Part shown: piece by piece, positions 27,686 to 41,639 of the stretch
How the letters are laid out: each line of letters starts with the position of its first letter
Numbering within the stretch: position 1 is the stretch's first letter
NCBI GenBank assembly: GCA_964016885.1
Contig: OZ024743.1
Location: 256,184,001-256,248,000, forward strand
Reading direction: 5' to 3'
DNA from: Eledone cirrhosa
Taxonomy: Eukaryota
DNA: 64,000 bases
Made by a program: the position numbers and the translations under genes
Notes under the pieces: model-generated
The model's database searches: none
What the model was told of the DNA's origin: nothing
Seen by the model: the letters and a program-made list of their open reading frames with translations, nothing else

Positions 27686-28037
27686 CTATCTATCTATCTA
27701 TCTAAGGCGGGTAAAATTCCCGAGATCCATGGACGAGTTCTCTCCAGCGGTCTCTGTCCCTCATTATCGCTGCCATATCCTGCATCTCCAACAGACCAGT
27801 GTCTGTCCTTAGGGCATCAACATATGTTAACCTTGGTCTTCCTCTTCTAGTGTGTCCATGTAGGGGCTCCCAAAGGAGCACTGAGTAAAATGTCAACTCT
27901 GGATGTCGGTGAGCATGTCCAGCCAACCTCAGTCTCCTCTGTGTCACTTTTGAGCTGACTTTTGGGATGCTCCCATACAGCTCTGAGTTTTTCATCCTCA
28001 GTGTATACTGATTAATGTTCAGAGCCATCCTCAGTGT
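27686..28037 (-). mobile_element. RTE-like LINE 3' fragment nested in the PLE, with (GATA)n tail
   Basis: LRMALNI..NSELYGSIPKVS..RRLRLAGHAHRHPE..LLWEPLHG.TRRGRPRLTYVD..DRDRWR. Confidence 0.88.
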
Positions 28038-28057
28038 AATATTATTATTATTATTTT

Positions 28058-28152
28058 TGTTAACTTTGCCTTTCATCCTTACGGAGTCGATAAAATAAAG
28101 TACCAATAATATACTGGTTTATTTCTGGCCTTGTTCCAATAGTAAAAACAAT
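28058..28152 (+). mobile_element. SINE family A 3' fragment nested in the PLE
   Basis: GTTAACTTTGCCTTTCATCCTTACGGAGTCGATAAAATAAAGTACC, flanked by (TTA)n. Confidence 0.82.
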
Positions 28153-30130
28153 TATTATTATTGTTATTATCGCTACATATATGCTGGTTCGAATTAAGAA
28201 TGTTGCTATTAATTTTTGCAATGTTTTGAGCAATGTTCATAGTTGTTGAATAAGAGAGTTTAACTGTGTGTCTATTGAAGATAGAATAATACTTATGTGA
28301 TCTAGGGAAACATTTATCTAAGGCTTTAAAAAGTAAATGTGCTAAAGGTGTTTTAATAGTTAAAGATGCTGGTGGGGCATACCAACTTATAGATCTAGTC
28401 CTAATTTGTTTTCCCGGTTTATTCCTCAAGTTGTTATTTTTACAGTCAGTTTTATTTTTATTATTATTATTATGAATATTATGTTTATAATTAATATTAT
28501 TTTTTTCTACATATTCAATATTATTTTGATATCCTGATTTATGTAACGATTCATTATAATATACAGCTTTACTATTAAAAATGGATCTGTTAGCAGATAG
28601 TCTGGATATTCGTTGTTTGACACTATTGACTATTGCATTTTTAACACTTTTAAGATGATTAGAGTAAGAGCTAACATAATTTAGGTTTTCATTGAGTTTA
28701 TGAAAGGGGTAATATAGGTTTAAATTAAGGGTTACGTCTAAAAAGTTAACTATTTTATTGTTATTTTCTACTTCTAATTTCAGGTCGTAAGTTTTAAAGA
28801 ATTCTATAATTACTTTCTTTACTCTATTTAATTCGCTATTATTATGTCTAACTACAGTAAATAATATGTCATCTCTATATAAACCACCGGTAATCTCCGG
28901 CAGTTTTCTATTTATCATATTAAGGATGAAAATTCCCACAAGATCGGTAACTTGCACCGAATCAGACGAGACCATAATAATGTCGAAATGTTTCTGCCTA
29001 TCCGAACGATTCCAAAAATCATTATTAAAGTCAATCAAGGTTCGCCTTGCCGTTAAAATAATATTAATCTCATCACTAGATAGATAAGTGTGTTTATATG
29101 CATATGAAAGCTTCTTATTTAAGAGGTTAGGAGTTATTGAGGAGTAATAACTCGCTATGTCCATTTGAATGAATTTATGGTTTTTCTTATTTTCGATATT
29201 ATTGAACCAATCTATGACTTCACTAGTGCCCTTCCATAAGTTAAGCCTTGACCTTAATTTTAACGTTGGCAAAATCCTATCTATTATGTTTCTACTAATT
29301 ATTCCAAGGACTGACTTCGAAGGTGCAATAAGTCTAACAGGTAAGTCCTCTTCGACATTTCTTTTATGGTTTTTAAAATTTATCCGCGGTTGCCTTGGTT
29401 TCGGTCTTCCGTTCTATTCCGAGATTAGTGATAATTTCAAAAGCATCATTATCGATATCCAATAGATCTTCACTCAGGGCTTTTCTGTAATTTTTTCTCA
29501 ATTCTTTTAAAATTAAGTCCTTATATTTTGTTTTTACTATGCCATATAGGTTGTTGGTTTTGTCTGATTTCACTAATATTTTATTTACTATTTTTATTTA
29601 ATTAATTTTTTCTCTCAGACCTCTAAGGTATTCTTGGCCTTTATATGGGTTTTCCTTAAATTTTGTATTCCTTAATATATTAAAAATTTCGTTTTCGAAA
29701 TTTTCCAGGAGTCTGTTGTACGGAGGATTTTTCCTGGATTTAAAAATATTCTCGAAATTATGGTTGGTGTTTTTCCTAATTGTTTCCTTATTACTTTCAA
29801 AATGAAAAGCACGCCACCTCACTCTTCTTATGAAGAAGTTGGTTTGTCCAATAAGTTTTTTCATGTATACTTCTTTAGATGGTAAAGGTATATCTTTGAG
29901 AGATGTAGAAACCTTAAAGAATTCCATCATTTATTAATTAATAATCTATTGCAGAAGAAGCACTCTACCTTCTGGGAGCTAAATATGAACAAAGATTAAT
30001 AGGTTCATTGATTACTCAATGAATATAGTTTAACAATAGATTAAAAGCACTCTACAGTGACGTTTTCTGGAGTTATTAATATTATTCAAAATATTAATAA
30101 ATGAAGACGTTCACATAATCAAAATATATG

Positions 30131-30192
30131 TTTTATTATATATATTTCGGGGATACTGTGCTGTTTTTTCAGTAAATCCTCGTCAGATAAAA
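30131..30192 (-). ncRNA. Type I hammerhead ribozyme in upstream pLTR, about 200 nt 5' of the ORF start
   Basis: Minus: TTTTAT-CTGACGA-GGATTTACTG..CAGTATCCCC-GAAA-TATATA-TA-ATAAAA. Confidence 0.82.
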
Positions 30193-30884
30193 TACATGAA
30201 TTGATGTATGAAATACCTCAACTGTCCTGATGGTTCAATTCCAGTATTGGCAGTGATTTATTACAACAAATGTCAATATTTATATACCACAAATAATAAC
30301 ATGATAAACTTAGTTGAAGAAGAGGATGTGGAGCGAGATATAGGTATAAGGAGGGGGTGAGTATGAGGAAATGCAAGAAGAAATACATACACATACATAC
30401 ATAAATATTTAAATGCGTAAATATCCGTGTTAGGGAAGAAAAAGAGAGATAGATAGATAGAAGAGAAGAAAGAAGAAGAGAGAAAAAGAAGAGAAGAGAT
30501 AAGAAGGAGAGAGATAGATAGATGAGAGAAGAGGAAATGCGTAACTGCAAAAAGAAAAGGAAGAAAGTGACCTGATGGTTGACGGTTGTTTTCAAATATT
30601 AAGTCAAATAGAAGTGACCAATTAAATACCATGACATTTTTAATATCTTTTGTATTTGATTATGTTTAAGCTAATTATACTAATATATTATATCAAAATT
30701 AAACAATATAAAATATTTTCTATAATATTCAGAAGCATAGTTTAATTAATATATATATTAAATATTTTGTAACAAAATTCAAAAACATTTTTATCTATAA
30801 AGCAAGTTTACATACCTATTAAATATGTATAAGAATATTTACCACAACCTCTGCACATATACCATCGGTATATGCATTTTATAT

Positions 30885-31068
30885 AATTGTTTCTACTTTA
30901 GGCACAGGGCCAGCAAATTCCAGTGCATTACTGGTACTTTATTTTATCGACCCCGGAAGGATGAAAGGCAAAGTTAACCTCGGCGGGATTGGAACTCAGA
31001 TCATACAGGGAGGTAACTCTATGCTTCAAAGCATGGCATCCGACCCTCTACCGATACTGCCAATCCAC
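30885..31068 (-). mobile_element. SINE family A
   Basis: Reverse complement of the consensus at 61338; a more diverged copy lies at about 31240-31395. Confidence 0.82.
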
Positions 31069-31417
31069 AAAATTAGTTCTTAATTAGCCGATTAAAATGC
31101 GTTCTCTGCAGTGTATTTCTTAATTTATGTTGTTATAACTATTTCTAACACAAATTTAAAGTGAGTTTGCTATTTTCTGGACACGAACCTAAGAAAACAC
31201 ATCGTCATTTCCACTTTTGACACAAGACTATCAATTCAAGTGGAAGGAGAAAGTTGATTAAATCGATCCCAGTGCGGTACTGACATTTTATTCAATCGAC
31301 TCCATGAAAAAAAGAAAGGTAAACCTAACCCCGCCAGTATTTGAACCCACAATATAAAGGGCCGTAATTCTATGTCGCAAAACCAAGATCCCGCTCTAGT
31401 ATATATAATATATATAT

Positions 31418-31544
<127 letters not shown>

Positions 31545-31547
31545 ATA

Positions 31548-32495
31548 TAGTAATAATAACAAATGTGAAGACTAAAATCCAAAGAGGGCTCAATTGGATA
31601 AATATATATCAAATATATAAGAACCCTAGAGCAAATATTTATTAAAATAACAGATTAAAATTTAGGCAAAGAATCGCTGCTTTCCCCCTTAACGGGGTCT
31701 TCTGAAACTAAAAAAAATCAATCTGTGAACGCAGAAGTAAATATTTCGAAAAACGTTGCAACCGAAGGAAAACAGGAAGATGATACTTTGGTTCGTGAAG
31801 ACGTTCCCTGGCAATGAACGGAATGAAGCAAAGATAATATGTCGTTATGTGGACCGATGAGAACAATTACACGAAAAGACAAAACCACGTTTATGGTATA
31901 AATGGAGTCATTAGACTAATATTCTATTTAGGAAACCGAATGATATATAATTATATGTACTAGCAGAAAAACCACCCATCGGGCGGTTTTCTGCTAGCAT
32001 ATGAAGTGTGCATATTGGTATTATACGCAAATATATATGCATATAGATATATGTAAATTGACAATATCTTTTTCTTCACCTCCTTATTTCTGAGAGGGTC
32101 TTGGGGGCAGAGTCCTTCTAAAACACTCCTTCCAGCAAGCCTGTCACTAGCAAACATCTCTAACTGATCCTGCTGGATCCCAAGCTCATGGATGTTATCC
32201 AACTATCTTGCTCAGGGCAAAGAATCGCTGCTTTCACCCTTAACGGGATCTTCTGAAGCTAACAAAATCAATCTGTGAACGCAGAAGTAAATATTTCGAA
32301 AAACGTAGCAACCGAAGGAAAACGGGAAGACGATACATTGGTTCGTGAAGACGTTCCATGGCATGAACGAAAAAAAACGAAGATAATACGCCGTTATAAT
32401 AAATATTTGTTCTAGGGTTCTTATATATTGGATATATATTTATCCTTATCGAGCCCTCTTTGGAGTTTAGTCTTCACATTTATTATTATTACTAT
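31548..32495. mobile_element. pLTR-like cassette with direct (31666-31847 and 32216-32396) and inverted (31548-31644 and 32398-32495) repeats, interrupted by an RTE tail
   Basis: Repeats read directly; related fragments at 13197-13232 and 57100-57220. Confidence 0.8.
31659..31709 (-). ncRNA. Hammerhead-like motif with CAGAAGA (U4A) core; second copy at 32216-32260
   Basis: Minus: AGTTT-CAGAAGA-CCCC-GTTAA-GGGG-GAA-AGCA-GCGATTCTT-TGCC-T-AAA; the 57xxx copy reads TGCT-T-AAACT. Confidence 0.55.
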
Positions 32496-32532
32496 ATATA
32501 TATAAATATATATATTGTATATATATATATAT

Positions 32533-33371
32533 ACAAATAAAGATTCAGCGAGAATCGCATTTTCGTCGGGCAGGAAAAGCGAAGCGAAACGCAAAAATCA
32601 GAAATGTTACTGGCAAAGTGCTCAATAGTTAAAAACCAGATCTAAACAATGTGTTAAGAAGCCATACAAATCTGAAAAGGTGGTCAAGAAAGCATTAACC
32701 ACCCAAGCCAAAAACCAAATCAAGCTAATCAGGTCAAAACAAAATAAATGATAAAAAATAAGTGATAACCAGACCTGTTTATTTAGACTCCCGGAATTGC
32801 TGTTAAAATCCGATATAGAGTTTCTGTGACACCTAAATCAAAATACAGTCTGCTTAAAAATATAAGCTTTGTGTATAACAATCGAACAAGGAATATAACG
32901 TTATCAACAGGTATTTCGCTCTGTACCAAATAAGTGAATGACACGGTGGTAAGTTAAACCACGTGTGGAAATCACAAGGGGAACAACTCAGATTTTGGCA
33001 AAGTAATTCAGTTGGTGTAAATCATGCGGAAAATAGCATAAATAGCACAAATCAAATAAGTTCTCAACAGAGTAGTTTTAAATAAACTTATACAATTAAC
33101 CTGTCAATAGAAATTATTAACAAGTTAATTGTAAGACACGGGAGATTAATATAAATAAAGATTCAGAGAGAATCGCATTTCGGCGGGCAGGAAAAGCGAA
33201 GCGAAACGCAAAAATCAGAATTGATACTGCCAAAGTGCTCAATAGTTAAAAACCAGAGTTAAACAATGTGTTAAGAAGCCATACAAAACTGAAAAGGTGG
33301 TCAAGATAGCATTAACCACCCAAGCCAAAAACCAAATCAAGCTAAACAGGTCAAAACAAAATAAATGATAA
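32533..33371. repeat. Element with direct terminal repeats of about 220 bp (32533-32752 and 33152-33371) between (TA)n tracts
   Basis: AAATAAAGATTCAG..GAATCGCATTT..GGTCAAAACAAAATAAATGATAA is repeated about 619 bp apart. Confidence 0.85.
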
Positions 33372-33472
33372 TATATATATATATATATAAGTTATTCCGG
33401 GTTGAATCGGAGATAACCACAGTAAGTAAGGTACTCAATAGATAGCAGAGTATACAAGTTTTAATATAGAAG

Positions 33473-33523
33473 AGCTTCTACAGGACTAGAACTGTTTCAT
33501 TCGTGAGAAATCATCAGGAAGCT
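33473..33523 (-). ncRNA. Type I hammerhead ribozyme, intact core
   Basis: Minus: AGCTTC-CTGATGA-TTTC-TCAC-GAAT-GAA-ACAG-TTCTAGTC-CTGT-A-GAAGCT; family fragments at 13643, 41599 and 56200. Confidence 0.88.
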
Positions 33524-34275
33524 TACTGTCCAAGTAAATGGTAGTATTTATATCTTTCCTTATCTGGTGGTAGGAGAGGGTGGTGATTGGGATAGGTGTA
33601 GGTCATTGGTTGAAGGATTTAATGAAAAGGGAGTTATTAAAAGGCAGAAGGTATACTGTAAACAAATTCAAAATTGGAATACCAATCCTTGTTTATCACT
33701 TAGACTAACAATGCCTGTAAGACAGGTCTCTACAGGATGGGTGGGGTTCAATGGTTTAAAGAATAGGGAAATTCTTTAGAAGCTAATTCTTTAAGGCTGA
33801 AGTAAGGGTGACAAAGAATTAGCTTCAAAAGTATTTCCCATTTCTTATAACTTAACAAAACGAGAAAAATATGTTCATGATAAACGACAAAATACAGGAG
33901 GAAGAATCGAAAGCGAAACGATAAATAAACGTGCAAACAAAGTGGCGGATGCTTTTGAGCAACGATTACTCTCATGGGTTGATTAGCCAATAAGAAGATG
34001 AAATTAGCCAATAATACGATACATTACAAAAGATGTTTGGCAGGGATCACCACGGCCAGCGAAATCCCTTGAATGTTTTATTCACAAGCTACGCATGTAT
34101 GTCAGACACGCAGACTTAAAACATTCTGTTGTTAGTCACTGCGTGTCTAACAGATATATATATCATCATCATCATCTCATCATCTTCATTTAACGCCCAT
34201 CTTCCACGCTAGCATGGGTTAGACGGATATATATATATACACACAAACATATATATACATATATATACATATATC

Positions 34276-34330
<55 letters not shown>

Positions 34331-34360
34331 AAATGTGTGTAATCCTTGGTACAGTTAGGT

Positions 34361-35062
34361 ATATTAAGACAGGGGGGAAGAAAAAATGGCTTCACTTGTG
34401 CTTTCAACAAATTTATTTTCTTCACAAAATCCCAAAAGAATTTTTTTCCGGATTAGAAAAAAAATTTTTTTCTTAAAAAAAATTATTTTATAAATTAAGT
34501 TAGGTCTTATAAATTAAGTTAGGTTAACGTAGAAGGTATTGTTTCGTTTTCAGAACGACCTTTCACGCTGAGGTGCGCTTGTCAAACTGATGTGTATGTG
34601 GCGTGTTGTTCTATATATAGGGATTTGACATGTCTGTGGTGTGGTGGGGTTTTTTTGTTTTTTTTTTCTCCCCCTTTTTAATAAGTGTATGGGTGTAGGT
34701 GCGTTGAAAAAGTGTTAATAGCAGTAATGAGTTGAGACGGTGAGTAGGGTTGGGTGGGGAGAAATGTAGCAAGTGCCACCTGCGCCGGTCATTCTCGAAA
34801 AATTCCTTTATTCAGGGGATTCCTTTGTGTTGAGAATGGTCACCTAACTTAATTTATAAAATAATTTTTTTTTTTTTAATTTTTAAGAAAATTTTAAAGA
34901 AATTTTTAAGAAATTTTTAAGAAATTCTTAAGAAATTTTTAAGAAATATTTAAGAAAAAAAATTCTTTTTATAATCCGGAAAAAAATTCTTTTTGGGATT
35001 TTGTGAAGAAAATAAATTTGTTGAAAGCACAAGTGAAGCCATTTTTTCTTCCCCCCCCTGTC

Positions 35063-35067
<5 letters not shown>
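34361..35067. repeat. Element with terminal inverted repeats of about 140 bp, between (TA)n tracts
   Basis: ATATTAAGACAGGGGGGAAGAAAAAATGGCTTCACTTGTGC... / ...GCACAAGTGAAGCCATTTTTTCTTCCCCCCCTGTCTTAATAT; the right arm contains an AAGAAATTTTT expansion. Confidence 0.88.
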
Positions 35068-35134
<67 letters not shown>

Positions 35135-35524
35135 ATATAAATAAAAGGAATTCCAACTTTGTGTGATTAACTCGTTTTATTTACAATCCTTTAAAATTAT
35201 AATGATATCATAATGAAATAGTATGGTATAATATTAAATGTTAATTGAACAAGTACTTTCATGCTTTCGCAATCTTCGGGTTTCATATTCAGTGGTGACA
35301 GTCAAGTTTGCAATTTTCGACTGTCAATATATACATATATATATATATTTACAATATATATATAACGAAGTTATTGTGGTAAGGAACCAGATGGACCATA
35401 ACGCACCAGAGTACTCAATACTTAGGGTAGTAGGGTGGGTAATGGGAAAAAGTATGACCCCGACGCCAGAGCTCAAGCCGTTTCGACAACGGCTTCAGCA
35501 CTGCCGTCGGGGTCATACTTTTTC

Positions 35525-35561
<37 letters not shown>

Positions 35562-35786
35562 ACCTCTAACTAGCATTACCTATAACGATATTTTGTTATC
35601 GCTTATATATATATATATATATATACAAAAATATGTATATATATATATATATGCAGAGGTTATATTTATTTTGTTGGGATTCAACAAGCTTAAACATTTT
35701 ATAACTGATATAAAGCACTCATCAGTTAAGTGGAGTAAATATTCAATATATTAATAAATAGAAACTATATTTATAAAACCAGAATT

Positions 35787-35850
35787 ATTTTATTATATAT
35801 ATTTCAAGGGCAACCAGTGCAAATTATGGTGCGCTTTCATCAGATAAAAT
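35787..35850 (-). ncRNA. Type I hammerhead ribozyme (left arm of a fold-back)
   Basis: Minus: ATTTTAT-CTGATGA-AAGCGCACCA..TGGTTGCCCTT-GAAA-TATATA-TA-ATAAAAT. Confidence 0.85.
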
Positions 35851-35962
35851 AGAAATTTTTTTATATATAAATATTGACATAGTCCACTATCCAGGGAACT
35901 TCAACCGTTAAGTCTGTGTTTTTTTCCGGATATGTCAATATTTATTTATAAAACAAATCTGT

Positions 35963-36028
35963 ATTTTATCTGATGAAAGCGCACCATAATTTGCCCTGGT
36001 TGCCCTTGAAATATATATATAATAAAAT
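35963..36028 (+). ncRNA. Type I hammerhead ribozyme (right arm of a fold-back)
   Basis: ATTTTAT-CTGATGA-AAGCGCACCA..TGGTTGCCCTT-GAAA-TATATATA-TA-ATAAAAT. Confidence 0.85.
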
Positions 36029-36062
36029 AATTATCGTTTTATAAATATAGTTTCCATTTTTT

Positions 36063-39037
<2,975 letters not shown>

Positions 39038-39375
39038 ACGAGAATTTAATAGATGGTTAGAAAGATTCCATGTATTTTATTATGCGCATTTCAAAAACAA
39101 ATATCATCCAGGGACGATATTTGCGTTCTTATGAGATAAAATAGGGAGACATGATATGAAGCTTAAAATAGACACTTATGAGCAAGTTAGTATCTAAACC
39201 ACATATGTTGTTTAGACACTACCTTGATCATAAGTGTCTTTTTTAAGCTTCATATCATGTCTCCCTATTTTATCTGATGAGAACACAAATATCGTCGGTG
39301 GATGATATTTTCTTTTGACATGCGCATAATAAAATATATAGAACCTTTCTAACCATCTTTTAATTTCTTCTTATA
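39038..39375. repeat. Fold-back with two degenerate hammerheads (about 39074-39142 minus and 39266-39336 plus)
   Basis: The arms are reverse complements. The plus copy has CTGATGA..GACA-TGCGCA-TA; the minus copy has CTCATAA..GAAA-TGCGCA-TA. Same family as 41326. Confidence 0.85.
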
Positions 39376-39464
39376 TATACTCCAGTTCAATAAACTATTG
39401 AATGCTACTTATCCGATATTTGCATTGCTTTATTGTGCTACAATAAAACTCACAACTCACCTCC

Positions 39465-39591
<127 letters not shown>

Positions 39592-39751
39592 AAGGGATAA
39601 AAAAATATTGTTATAGGTAACCCAGTTAGAGGTTGTGAATACTTCGTATTGTGGATAGTTTTAGCGTACGGGTTTGTTTGACTCAACTAGAGGTTTCCGT
39701 AGGTGGCGAGTTTATGAGTTTTCTTGCATTCCTATGTAAGTTTATCTTCGA

Positions 39752-39885
39752 GTAATAATATTGAAAGAGTGAAGTATAACATGGTCAACAGTATAAAACA
39801 GGATTTTATCTACAGTTTTAAGACTGTAAATAAAACCCTTTTTTATACTGTTGACCATGTAATTCTTCACTCTTTCAATATTATC
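39752..39885. repeat. Imperfect hairpin of about 130 bp
   Basis: TAATATTGAAAGAGTGAAG..ACATGGTCAACAGTATAAAA / TTTTATACTGTTGACCATGT..CTTCACTCTTTCAATATTA. Confidence 0.88.
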
Positions 39886-39935
39886 ATCATCATTTTACGT
39901 CCGCCTTTCCCTAAAAGAGCGGACGTAAAATGATG

Positions 39936-40048
<113 letters not shown>

Positions 40049-40102
40049 CAATGTCAATATGTATATATATATATACGATATGTATATATATATATATACA
40101 CG

Positions 40103-40184
<82 letters not shown>

Positions 40185-40264
40185 GATATGTATATATATA
40201 TATATACAATATATATATAGAGTGAGAGAATACATGAAACAATGTTCTGTTTAAATCATTTATC

Positions 40265-40311
40265 TGCTTACAATTGTTTCTTCCAAACCGAGGTTTGGGT
40301 TCTTCGGAGCA
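40265..40311 (-). ncRNA. Hammerhead motif with CCGAAGA (U4C) core, left arm of the 40222-40632 fold-back
   Basis: Minus: TGCT-CCGAAGA-ACCCAAAC-CTCG-GTTTGGAA-GAAAC-AATT-GTA-AGCA. Confidence 0.72.
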
Positions 40312-40545
40312 ATTATTCAGTGATTTTTAACATACTTGACCTCCTTTTCAACACAAGAGACATATAGAAACATATGTATATATTGACCCACAGTGGGTTG
40401 ACATCTATTATAATGTTGACATCCATTATAATGTTGACATTGATTATAATGGATGTCAACCCACTCTGGGTCAATATATACATATGTTTCTATATGTCTC
40501 TTGTGTTGAAAAGGAGGTCAATTATGTTAAAAATCATTGAATAAT

Positions 40546-40592
40546 TGCTCCGAAGACACCAAACATCGGTTTGGAAGAAACAATTGTAAGCA
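40546..40592 (+). ncRNA. Hammerhead motif with CCGAAGA (U4C) core, right arm
   Basis: TGCT-CCGAAGA-CACCAAAC-ATCG-GTTTGGAA-GAAAC-AATT-GTA-AGCA. Confidence 0.72.
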
Positions 40593-40828
40593 GATAAATG
40601 ATTTAATTAGAAATTTGTTTCATGTATTCTCTATATAACTGCTCTGTAAAACAACTGATGTTGTTACATTGAGCTATTTATCTTACTGGTAATAAGATAG
40701 TAATAAATTACTGTCTTTCACTATTTAGAGTATAATATATATATAATTATAAAAGGTTTTAGTATATACATAACCATAAATAGTATCCTTAATACTATAT
40801 ATATATATGTGTGTGTATATACAATATG

Positions 40829-40861
<33 letters not shown>

Positions 40862-41325
40862 TTGTGTATATATATATACATATATTGTTATACTTGGGGA
40901 GGGTCATATCGTTGTAATAATATTGCCAGAAATTATAACAGAACACACTCACAGTTTGGTTGGTTTTCGCTTCTGTATCTTTTATATAAGTTAATTTTAT
41001 TTATAAAGCTCGGCTATTTATATACCAGGATAAATTTTCATTTAGTCCAGAATTAGCCGTCGAAACGGCTTGAGCTCAGCCGTCGGGGTCTTACTGGTTC
41101 CTATTACCCACTCTACTACCCTAAGTATTGAGTACTTTGGTGCGTTATGGTCCACCTGGTTCCTTACCACATTTACTTCATTATATATATATATATGTGT
41201 GTAGGAGGTGAGTGTATTGTAGCACAATAAAGCAATGCAAATATCGGATAAGTAGCACTCAACAGTTTATAGGACTGGTATGTTGATTTATCACTTCACT
41301 GTTCGCAATTGTTTTTTAAGTTTCC

Positions 41326-41396
41326 TATTTTATCTGATGAGAACGCAAATATCATCCCATGATGAAATTTGTTTTTGAAATGCGCATAATAAAATA
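41326..41396 (+). ncRNA. Type I hammerhead ribozyme, intact core
   Basis: TATTTTAT-CTGATGA-GAACGCAAATATCATC-CCAT-GATGAAATTTGTTTTT-GAAA-TGCGCA-TA-ATAAAATA. Confidence 0.88.
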
Positions 41397-41424
41397 CATG
41401 GAACTCTTTTAACCATCTTTTGAT

Positions 41425-41460
<36 letters not shown>

Positions 41461-41506
41461 TATATATACTGTATGTATATATACACATATATATATATAT
41501 ATATTG

Positions 41507-41583
<77 letters not shown>

Positions 41584-41639
41584 TTAATATAGATGAGATT
41601 CTACAGGACTAGAACTGTTTCATTCATATATATATATAT

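Larger units (their letters stand above)
27120..29930 (-). pseudogene. PLE RT/GIY-YIG polyprotein, frameshifted and interrupted by nested insertions
   Basis: SLKDIPLPSKEVYMKKLI..RRVRWRAFHF; HKFIQMDIASYYSSI; GGLYRDDIL; VNFLDVTLNL; WYAPP..FNRHTVKLSYS; CNCRRKSECPLQNDCLDKNLVYKC; pieces at 29930-29598, 29573-29373, 29272-28150 and 27680-27120. Confidence 0.92.
25671..30885 (-). mobile_element. Near-full-length Penelope-like retroelement with two direct pseudo-LTRs of about 0.9 kb (25671-26591 and 29989-30885)
   Basis: Long direct repeats, each with an HHR, flank a broken RT and GIY-YIG ORF. Confidence 0.93.
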
